Source: a virus
Strand: one strand, 5' to 3'
Length of the DNA stretch: 64,000 nt
IMG/VR virus record: IMGVR_UViG_3300021541_000005
The position numbers and the translations under genes are program-made. The number at the start of each line of letters is the position of its first letter. Position 1 is the first letter of the stretch. Shown here in pieces: positions 16,105 through 25,000 of the stretch. The notes under the pieces were generated by a model, which was given only the letters and a program-made list of their open reading frames with translations, was not told the origin of the DNA and searched no databases.

Positions 16105-17154
16105 ATGGAGGTATTAACTATTCAAATAAAAAACATGGCTGTGAAAAGTGATGATCAGTTCTTATTCACTGCTCCCGTAATGATACCAGACAAACCAGAT
16201 TGTGATTATGAAAGGGGAGAGGGAACATTCACAGCAGAAGAAATACGATTCTTTAAAGAATCATTTCAGGATTATCAAATCATTGATAAGAATCATCAAG
16301 TATTCAAGGAGTTAGGGAGTGCTAAAAGCATTAAAGACCAAATGGTTGGAGACCCTGTAAATAGTTTCATCCTCGATGAAGAAACTACTTACAAACTCGT
16401 TAATGGTGGTACAGAAACTTATCCTGCGGGTACTTGGATGTTAACTTCAGATGTAACAGATCCAACTACACAACAAGAAATTGAAGATGGTATATTAACT
16501 GGTTATAGTCTATCAGTGCATCGTGAAGATATTGGACGATTAATCAAGAAATACATGGCTACTAAAGCTAGTGGTGGTCAGTTAATTCATGATATACCAA
16601 ATCCTAATGCAATCACTGTGAGCATTGTAAAAAAACCTTGTCAAAGTGGATCTAAACAATGTAAATTAAATGGAAGTGATGTTATGGGTGATGACAAAAA
16701 GACACTTGATAAAATCAGAGAAGCTCTTGGTATGGATAACCCAGGATATGCTACTAAATCTGATTTGGATGCATTAGCTAAAGAAATTAAAGAGGAAAAT
16801 GCTGCGGCTATGAAGTCAGCAGCTGAAGAAATGGGCACTACTATAAGTGATGCTATTAAAGAGGCTTTTAGTGAAGTTGGTGCTATTAAATCTAAAAAAG
16901 AACCTGATAATGACGATGATGATAAGGGTGGTTCTGGTGACAATAAACCAGCAGATACTGATGGTAATGACTCAAAACCAAACCCTGATGATGACGACGA
17001 TGAGGAACTTAAGAAAAAATCTAAAAAACCTAAAAAAGATGGTTCTAAACAAGGAAAAGTACATAATGGAGCAACTAAATCCAATAATACTGAAGATTTA
17101 GACACTTATGCGTTCCTTGGAAGAAACCCAGATGGTACAAGTAAAAATATTTAA
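16105..17154 (+). CDS. Prohead protease (XkdF/S78-like) with C-terminal scaffold region; true start uncertain
   Basis: APVMIPDKPD, GTWML and DGILTGYSL motifs; acidic low-complexity tail; precedes capsid gene. Confidence 0.8.
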   Translation: MEVLTIQIKNMAVKSDDQFLFTAPVMIPDKPDCDYERGEGTFTAEEIRFFKESFQDYQIIDKNHQVFKELGSAKSIKDQMVGDPVNSFILDEETTYKLVNGGTETYPAGTWMLTSDVTDPTTQQEIEDGILTGYSLSVHREDIGRLIKKYMATKASGGQLIHDIPNPNAITVSIVKKPCQSGSKQCKLNGSDVMGDDKKTLDKIREALGMDNPGYATKSDLDALAKEIKEENAAAMKSAAEEMGTTISDAIKEAFSEVGAIKSKKEPDNDDDDKGGSGDNKPADTDGNDSKPNPDDDDDEELKKKSKKPKKDGSKQGKVHNGATKSNNTEDLDTYAFLGRNPDGTSKNI

Positions 17155-17196
17155 TTTTTATTCAAATTAATCAAAAAAAGTGATAGGTGATTAGTA

Positions 17197-18264
17197 ATGG
17201 TGAATATGAATAATGTGCTCACTAAAGTTGTAGCTGCTGCCGGAAAAGATGGTGCTATGAAAGAAGATGAGACAATGTACGATGCAATGTTTGCAAACGC
17301 TGGTATATTGGATAGAAAACAATATAACACTTTTGTACGTGAAATGCAAATCAACAGCGTTATTCTTAACGATGCAGCATTCAAAAGAATGACAAGAGAA
17401 TCTGAAGTAACTTCAGGTGCTAGAATCGAAGGAAGAGTATTGCAAGACGGACGTTTAAAAGAAAGTAGAACAACCAAAAGCGACTTAAAAGAAGCTAAAA
17501 TCGGTTTTGGTTCTGCTGAATTAAACGCTAAAAAATTAAAAGCAAAAACTTCCATTCTTGATGATGATCTTGATGACAACATCGAAGGAACACAATTTGA
17601 ATCTACCCTACAATCCATGATGGGTGCAGCAATGGGTGAAGACTTAGCTGCTATTGCTGTATTCGGGGACACTGATTTAGATTATGATGAAGAACTTTTG
17701 TTCCATACTTTCGATGGATGGGTTAAACAAGCAACTACTACTTTAAAATCAAGTGAATTAGGTTCTACTAATGCAGAAAAAGCATTTAATGTTCATGAAG
17801 ATACTATTGAAGCTTTATTTGATGCATTAATTGCAGCGGTACCTGCAAGAGTAAGACAATCAAATCTTATGAATAGATTTAATATTTATGTTCCTTTTGA
17901 AGTTGAAGATGCTTATAGGAATCTTTTAAAATCACGTAATACTGCACTTGGGGACAGTATGCAAGTCGGTGATGCTCCTTTAAAATACAAACGTTGGAAT
18001 GTTAAATATGCTCCAGAATTGGATGCTGAAGATTGTAAAGCATTAGATAACACTGCAACATGTCTTGGAGGATTCCCAGACTTAATGAGATGGGGTGTTT
18101 ACAAAGACATCAGCATGGAAATGGAACGTAAAGCTGGTGATGAACAAACTAACTTCTGGTATCGTATGAAAGGAGATGCTGGACTTGAAGTATTCAGCAG
18201 CTTAATTGTTGGAAAATTAACCTTAGAGGAGTTAGCTGAAATCCAAGATGAAGCCAAAGCATAG
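17197..18264 (+). CDS. Major capsid protein (HK97 fold expected)
   Basis: Size, position, EDLAAIAVFGD and late-gene codon usage. Confidence 0.85.
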   Translation: MVNMNNVLTKVVAAAGKDGAMKEDETMYDAMFANAGILDRKQYNTFVREMQINSVILNDAAFKRMTRESEVTSGARIEGRVLQDGRLKESRTTKSDLKEAKIGFGSAELNAKKLKAKTSILDDDLDDNIEGTQFESTLQSMMGAAMGEDLAAIAVFGDTDLDYDEELLFHTFDGWVKQATTTLKSSELGSTNAEKAFNVHEDTIEALFDALIAAVPARVRQSNLMNRFNIYVPFEVEDAYRNLLKSRNTALGDSMQVGDAPLKYKRWNVKYAPELDAEDCKALDNTATCLGGFPDLMRWGVYKDISMEMERKAGDEQTNFWYRMKGDAGLEVFSSLIVGKLTLEELAEIQDEAKA

Positions 18265-18273
18265 GTGGTATTT

Positions 18274-18690
18274 ATGGCTTTAGAATCTTGGAATGATTTA
18301 ACTCTTACAGAGAAACGTAAAATCCGCAAGGGTTTTATACGTAATCCTCATAAAGCTTATGAGAGATTACGTGCTCAAGCTGAAGGAGAGACTCCAGACC
18401 CTACACCTACTCCTGATCCAGAACCTGAATTTACTCCTGTAGTTTATGCTTTCACTTCTTATAGTGATGCTGAAAAAACTACTGAATGGGGTACTGGAAC
18501 TGTAGAAACAACTGGTGTAGAATCTAATGGATATACTGAGGTTGAAGTGAAAACTAACTCTGTTGATGGTTTCGTTGGTAATAAGTATTATATTATTTCT
18601 TCTGCTAAGACTGATGGAACTGTTTATGAGTTATTCACTGATGCTGGTACTACTTCAGCGGAGATTTTTGTAACTATTACTGCAAACTAA
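18274..18690 (+). CDS. Probable capsid decoration protein
   Basis: Short helical N terminus, PDPTPTPDPEPE linker, Thr/Gly-rich beta domain. Confidence 0.55.
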   Translation: MALESWNDLTLTEKRKIRKGFIRNPHKAYERLRAQAEGETPDPTPTPDPEPEFTPVVYAFTSYSDAEKTTEWGTGTVETTGVESNGYTEVEVKTNSVDGFVGNKYYIISSAKTDGTVYELFTDAGTTSAEIFVTITAN

Positions 18691-18706
18691 AAGAGATGGT
18701 GATTTT

Positions 18707-19135
18707 ATGTTTTGTACTGTAGATGAAGTAATAGATTTTACTGGTTTGAAACCAAAGCATTTAAATTTATCAACAGATGATGAAAGCAAATTGGAGGATA
18801 TTGTCGAGAATTGGATTAAACAATCCACTTCTTTAATTAAAGACTACTGTAATAATGACTTCAAAAAGTATGGTGAAAATATACCAGAAGCAGTGCAAAA
18901 TGTATGCATCAGATTAACCGGCAATATGGTTGCATTAGCCACAGCCAGAAGGGATACACCAATAACACAGGTCAATGATTGGCAAGTAAACATTGTAAAC
19001 ATGCGTGTATTCAGCAATGACCTTAAAGACGACCTTGCACCATATGTAATAGACAAATCCCGTAAATCAGATAAAATAGAATTCTTTGCAATAACAGGAG
19101 AGGATGATGGTAAAAGTTATCATAAACGTAGATGA
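18707..19135 (+). CDS. Head-tail adaptor (gp6/gp15-like)
   Basis: YCTV-D-EV-type N terminus (FCTVDEV), IPEAV motif, position. Confidence 0.75.
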   Translation: MFCTVDEVIDFTGLKPKHLNLSTDDESKLEDIVENWIKQSTSLIKDYCNNDFKKYGENIPEAVQNVCIRLTGNMVALATARRDTPITQVNDWQVNIVNMRVFSNDLKDDLAPYVIDKSRKSDKIEFFAITGEDDGKSYHKRR

Positions 19136-19565
19136 TTCACAATACCAGCGTATTAGTGATAAACTACCACAAATCAAACAAAGAGGATTAAAATTAACAG
19201 GTCAAGACATGTTAAGAAACCTAGGTTTGAATAGTCCTGTTGATCATGGATTACTCAGACAATGGTTCTTTGCTAGTACCTCACCTGAACAGATAGAAAT
19301 CCGAACTCCAGCAAAATATGCTATTTTTCCAAATGATGGGACAGGAATCTACAACGGTGGAAGTGTAATAAAACCTAAAAAAGGGAAAGCATTAGCCTTC
19401 AAACCAGGTAAAAAATGGAAAGGTCCTGTAAACAAAGATGGATATGCCTTCCTAAAATATAGTAAAGGTCAAAAAGGCCAACATTTCGTTGAAAAAAGCA
19501 TTAAACAAACTCAAGGAAAAATACAGGAGATATTTATAAAATCAGTAAATGAAGTGATACAATGA
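19107..19565 (+). CDS. HK97 gp10-like neck/tail completion protein
   Basis: SPVDHGLLRQ and KGQKGQHFVEKSI motifs. Confidence 0.75.
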   Translation: MVKVIINVDDSQYQRISDKLPQIKQRGLKLTGQDMLRNLGLNSPVDHGLLRQWFFASTSPEQIEIRTPAKYAIFPNDGTGIYNGGSVIKPKKGKALAFKPGKKWKGPVNKDGYAFLKYSKGQKGQHFVEKSIKQTQGKIQEIFIKSVNEVIQ

Positions 19566-20101
19566 ACATAATCACAGGCTTCGAAGCAGTTAGCCAAATC
19601 ATAAAAGAATGCATAACATCAGAAAACACTCCAGAAGGAATGTTAAATGATGTGCTTTCAGTAATAACTGTTGCCAATAATGAGGAAGGTATTGATGAAC
19701 CAGCTATATGGATTCGTCAACATCCAACAATACCCTATGATAATGCGAAAACAAGATTATCACGTGATATTGATTTAATTACTACTTTTGAATTTGTATG
19801 TATTGAATATGATCCTGACCCTGAAATTGCTGAGTTAAAAGGTCAAAACCTTGCAAGCCGTGCATGTTTAGCAGTCATGAAAAACTTACAACATATACAA
19901 AAAGAGTATGGGGTACGTGTTATAAACAATATCTATTTTGTAGCCTTCTATCCTGTTGGAGAAATTGAGATTAGAGGTAAACGTGAAAAAGTACCTGCTA
20001 CTAGCATTGTTATAAGCGTAAAACATAATATTGACTGGTTAAACTGTTGTAAACGAAAAAATAACGAAAATAATAATGATGATAATGATGATGGTGATTA
20101 A
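19562..20101 (+). CDS. Probable tail terminator
   Basis: Position between gp10-like gene and tail tube; EPAIWI motif. Confidence 0.55.
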   Translation: MNIITGFEAVSQIIKECITSENTPEGMLNDVLSVITVANNEEGIDEPAIWIRQHPTIPYDNAKTRLSRDIDLITTFEFVCIEYDPDPEIAELKGQNLASRACLAVMKNLQHIQKEYGVRVINNIYFVAFYPVGEIEIRGKREKVPATSIVISVKHNIDWLNCCKRKNNENNNDDNDDGD

Positions 20102-20103
20102 AA

Positions 20104-21135
20104 ATGAGTTGTAGAGTATTTGGTTTAGAACCAGAAGCTGCCTATGGTGAGGAAGTAGACAAAGATGATTTTCACTTACTTTTTGACCATGATGTAGACA
20201 GCATGGATTTTAAACTCAATGACGAACCGGTAACCAAAAGTTTCGGTTCAAGAATGAATCAAAAAGCAAGAGCTGGAGTAATCAAACCAACAGGTAGTAT
20301 AGAAACTTCAGCAAACCTCCAAATATTAGGAGCTTACTTTTACGGATTCTTAGATAATTATAAGTTCACAGCAGGCCAAAATGGTAAAAACACCCATGAG
20401 TTCTGGGGTGGTGAATCTAAATTATTAAAAAGTTTCAGAGGAAAAGCAGTTAACGACGATTTAATTTTCTACTTAATGGGTTTAATCGTCGATTCAATGA
20501 AACTCGAAGTATCTTCAGAAGACATGACTCTTGGAACTGACTTCATTTATAAAACAGAATTCTCTCAAATTTTAGCCGGTGAAAACGATTACGAAAGAGC
20601 CGAAGAACTAGAAGATGATTTATTCATAATGTTTTACGATGTCATGTTAAAACTCAATGGTAATGACCCTGCCGGCGTGCAGACAAGTTTTACCTTCGAA
20701 GGAAGTAACAATCATGACGTTGACAAAACAATAGGCTTTGGTTACAGACATCCACAGGGACAAGCAAAAGCAGGAAAAAGAGAAAACAGTATCAGCATTG
20801 TAACTACACTTACTCAAGAAACTGTAAGAGCAATATTAGATGCAAGATACGGTGATGTAGACCTTCTTGAACCTGCAAAATGTAAAATATTACAGGTCCC
20901 ATTACAAATTGATGTTGAATTATGTGAATATCCTGGCCTTGGATTAACTATTTTATTCCCTAAATGTACTCTCTTAGCTGAATTCGACAGTAGTGGTATT
21001 GATGATGTGGAAGCAACATTAAATATGGCTACATTAGGTTCTGAAGAGGTTACATTAGCCGATGGAACTACTAAGAAAACAGATATGTATGTTAAATTAG
21101 TCAATAAACAACCTAAGATAGCTCCCAGCATCTGA
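20104..21135 (+). CDS. Major tail tube protein
   Basis: Size, beta-rich character, position before chaperone and tape measure. Confidence 0.75.
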   Translation: MSCRVFGLEPEAAYGEEVDKDDFHLLFDHDVDSMDFKLNDEPVTKSFGSRMNQKARAGVIKPTGSIETSANLQILGAYFYGFLDNYKFTAGQNGKNTHEFWGGESKLLKSFRGKAVNDDLIFYLMGLIVDSMKLEVSSEDMTLGTDFIYKTEFSQILAGENDYERAEELEDDLFIMFYDVMLKLNGNDPAGVQTSFTFEGSNNHDVDKTIGFGYRHPQGQAKAGKRENSISIVTTLTQETVRAILDARYGDVDLLEPAKCKILQVPLQIDVELCEYPGLGLTILFPKCTLLAEFDSSGIDDVEATLNMATLGSEEVTLADGTTKKTDMYVKLVNKQPKIAPSI

Positions 21136-21385
21136 GGTGAATCCTGAAACTATTGATGATTTAGCAATAAGCGTAACTGATGGAACAAATCCTGTAAGTC
21201 AAGTTGAAGTTGCAATAGGAGAAATCACAGGCACTACTGGTAGTCAAGGTGGATGTACCTTGCATGATGTTCCTGTAGGCACGGTTACTGTAACAGCAAC
21301 TAAAACCGGTTACGTAACTTACAGTCAGGAAGTAACAATTACTTCTAGCACTGAAACTTTAGATATTACTTTAGAGCCTCAATAA
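21125..21385 (+). CDS. Ig-like (PEGA/carboxypeptidase-regulatory-like) domain, probably appended to the tail tube by +1 frameshift
   Basis: GTTGSQGGCTL...GTVTVTATKTGY; no RBS before GTG 21137; frame opens at CCC-A. Confidence 0.6.
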   Translation, partial: PASEVNPETIDDLAISVTDGTNPVSQVEVAIGEITGTTGSQGGCTLHDVPVGTVTVTATKTGYVTYSQEVTITSSTETLDITLEPQ

Positions 21386-21396
21386 ACCTATTATAA

Positions 21397-21408
21397 TATT
21401 TTTTTTTT
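21397..21408 (+). terminator. Oligo-T archaeal terminator candidate
   Basis: T run directly after the Ig-domain stop. Confidence 0.4.
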
Positions 21409-21467
21409 AGAATGAGGCTAAAAACTTTTATTATTTTTCAAAATTATAAAGAATGGAGGCATTTAAA

Positions 21468-21896
21468 ATGGCAATATTAAAAAAATCACAAATTTTACAA
21501 GGTATCAACGACCCTAAAAAAATACGCATTGAAGCATTAGATGGTGAACTCTGGTTAAGACCATTATCTAATTCAGAGTTAGATGAACTTGATAAAATCG
21601 AAGCTAAAGGAATGGAATCCTACGAAACCAATAGTAAATCTCGTGGTAGAATACAAGGGGAAACCGTTGCCAAAGGAAAAATAAACGTTCATTTAGCAAC
21701 TGTTAATGGTGCAAAAGCACGTGATCGTAAAATAGAAATGAGTCTTGACAATCCTAAAAATGCGGATGATCCATGGACTGAAGAGGACATTGGAAAATTA
21801 CCGCGTGATGCAGTAAATGAAATCGTTGATGCAATTAATGAATTATCTGGCCTTGAGGTTACAAAAGGAGATATAGATAAATTTCCTGAAGAGTGA
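21468..21896 (+). CDS. Tail assembly chaperone (lambda G-like)
   Basis: Position between tube and tape measure; RBS ggagg before ATG 21468. Confidence 0.75.
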   Translation: MAILKKSQILQGINDPKKIRIEALDGELWLRPLSNSELDELDKIEAKGMESYETNSKSRGRIQGETVAKGKINVHLATVNGAKARDRKIEMSLDNPKNADDPWTEEDIGKLPRDAVNEIVDAINELSGLEVTKGDIDKFPEE

Positions 21897-22038
21897 TGAA
21901 GGGCAAGACATAATCTGGTTAGATTACTGCGGATACCATTTATGTGAACGTAGCAGTGATTTAACTTACATTCAATCTTATTTTATTAGTAAAGGGCGTG
22001 CTGAATTACATAAAAAAATGAATGAAGTAAAAAAATAA
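21883..22038 (+). CDS. Frameshift extension of the tail chaperone (GT-like), +1 frame (not in ORF track)
   Basis: Open frame FLKSDEGQDIIWLDYCGYHLC...NEVKK with no usable start codon, entered at TTT-C. Confidence 0.7.
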   Translation, partial: FLKSDEGQDIIWLDYCGYHLCERSSDLTYIQSYFISKGRAELHKKMNEVKK

Positions 22039-22053
22039 AGGGCGGTTTTAATA

Positions 22054-25000
22054 ATGGTTTCTGAAAATATTGTTAAAATTATATTAAAAATGGAAGACCA
22101 AGCCACCCAAATGGCTCAAAAAGCAGATCAAGCTATTAGTAAATTAGGTAATACAGCACAAACCTCAAATCAAAAAGCATCACAATCTGCACAACAGTTG
22201 ACTCAAAAATATGAAAGTACTAATGATAGTATTAGGCGAGTGGGTCAGGCTGTTGAAAAAGTTGGTCAAAATGGTGCTAAATCATTTAATAATATGGGTG
22301 AGGCTACTCAAAAAGCTGTTATTAACTTTAATAGGTTAGATGAACAGTCCCAAAATGTTATTCGCCATATGGGTAATTTAGATGATGAAAGTAGACAAAC
22401 ATTCCTTGGAATGTATAGTTATGCTCAGGATGCTATATCTAAATTTGATGCTTTACAAAATGAAACTAGAACTTGGGGCACAACTTTTGATTATACTAGA
22501 AGTAAAATGCAGCTAATGGGTACTAATGTTGACTCATTAAAAGGTAAAATACAAGTTGTAGGTTCCAGTATTACAACTCATTTAGGTAATAAATGGGATA
22601 CTATCAAATCAAAAGTAACTGTTTTTGGAAATTATATCACAAGCCATTTGTCTAGTGCATTATCTACTGTTAGAAGTAAAATTCAAAGTTTAGGTGATGC
22701 TTTTACTGGTATTGGTGGGGTAATCTCAACAGTATTTGGTGGGATTGGTTTAAAAGCAATGACAGATATGACAATAGGCGCATCAATTAACAGAGATAGG
22801 ATTAAATCATTATCTTTTGCAATGTTGGGTTATGGAGAGTCATTTGAATCTTTTAGCAAAGGAATATGGAAACAAATGGACTCTATGACAAATGCTAGTT
22901 TAGTGTCTTTGGATCAATTATCTCAAGCAGCATCTGTTGTAAAAATGAGCACTAATGCATCAAAAGAACAAATGAAAGAATTATTGCCTGTATTAAATGA
23001 TATAGGTCAAAGAGCCATATTGATGGGTAAATCTGGTGATGAGGCCATGGGACTTATGCAGGCAGCAGGTAAAGGTCTCAACGGCGAATTTGAAATGCTC
23101 AGAGAAAACTTTGGTATCACAAAAGAAAAACTTGAAAATGCCGGATGGAATGGTAGTGCAGAAGATATTGATGGTTATACTCAAGCATTAAAAAAGTGTT
23201 TAGCAGAAAGTGGTGACGTCAATGGTATGATGGATACTACTTCTGGGAAAATTACACGATTACAGAAAATGTGGAATGTTTCAGCTAGAAGTTTAGGTGA
23301 TCAATTTAAACCAGCTCTAGATCAAGCACTAAATTCTCTACTCAAATTTCTTGATGCAGATAATAATGGAGAAATAGATAAACAGGCTCAAGGATGGGTT
23401 CAATGTGCTGTCGGTGCTATGACAGCAGCAAGTGCTTTTGCAACATTAGCTCCATCAATCGCTCCAGCGTTACAAGTAATGGATATGTTTTTCAGTAAAG
23501 GTAGGGCAGTATTAACATTTTTAGGTTTACTTGAAGCTGAGGAGGGTGCTTTAACAGCTTCTACTTTAGCGAATACTATAGCTGAGAAAGCAAATGCTAT
23601 TGCAAAAGCAGCAAAAGGCGTTACAACAGCTGAGTTAACTGCTGAAGAGGTGGCTCTTGGTGCTGCTGAAGCAGGTTTAACTGCTGAAGAAATTGCTGCT
23701 GCGGCTGCCCATGCAGGAAGTGCTGTTGCTATGACTGCTGAAGGTGCTGCTGCTGTAACTGCTGCTGGTGGAACAACTACTTTAACTGGTGCTTTATGGG
23801 GAATGACTACTGCATTATTGTCTAACCCTATTACATGGATTGTTGTAGCATTAGTTGCTTTGGCTGTTGCTGTTTATGAAGTAGGTAAAGCATTTGGATG
23901 GTGGAAAGATATTCCAACATTACTTGCAGCGGTTTGGTCAGGAATACAAAGGATGTGGAATGCATTTATTAATCATCCTGATGTTAAAGCAGTGATTGGA
24001 GTTTTAGTTACTGCTTGGAATAGTCTTGTTTCTGCTATAGGATGGGTAATAAGTAAAGTTGAAGAGTTCTTTGGTATTCATATTAATGGGGAATTTGATG
24101 TTGTTCATGCTATTATCGAAGGAATTGGCGTTGCATGGCAAGTAATAACTATGCCTATCCGTACTGTAATTAGCATTATACAATTTTTAATACCTGTGTT
24201 TCAATCTGTTGCTTCAGCAGTGCAGACTGCTCAAAGTAAATTTGGTGCTTTCGGAGGATTTTTAGCTACTATGGCCTCTCCAATAATCTTTGTATGGGAA
24301 TTATTAAGAAAAATTGTATGTATATTGCTCGGTTGTAGTCCAGGTATTGTTCCAGCATTACAAAGAACTTGGGAAGTATTTCAGGAAGTATTCAATGCTA
24401 TTGCAGGATTTATTGGTGGTATTATTTCACCTATTGTGGAATCTATTAGGCCTTTAATTGATATTTTTGTGGAAATAGTAACGTATCTTGTTGAAATGTT
24501 TATGCCTGCATGGGATTTACTCAGTAATATATTATTGGTAATCTGGAATGCAGTATCTCAGCTTATTAATATTTTCCAGGCATTTCTTAGTGGTCAAATT
24601 ACTTTACCTCAAATGTTGAATATGATCTGGAATTTGATTTTGACTGCATATATGACAATTTTAACAATGATTATTAATTTTGTCTTCCAATGGGCAGGTC
24701 AAATTGTAAGTGCAGCAATTAATGCTGCTTCAGGTTTTGTTAATGGTATTATTACTTATATTAGTGGTTTACCTGGCAGATTCTTTAGTTATTTGGCTCA
24801 AACTACTAGTAATATTATTAATGCTGGTGCTCAATGGGTTAATACTGCTAGGCAAAAAGCTAGTGAAATGGTTAACAGTGCTTCAACTACTGTACAACAA
24901 TTACCCGGTAAAATTTATACGGAGTTTACTAAGGTTCCTGATCGTATACGTGAAGCTATACCTCAGGCTATAGCTGCTGCATTAAACTTTGGTAAAGAAA

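Noticed and set aside
18262-18264. Pyrrolysine decoding of the capsid amber codon
   Set aside because: No pyl genes here and Methanobacteriales are not known to use pyrrolysine; only generic readthrough is kept as a weak hypothesis
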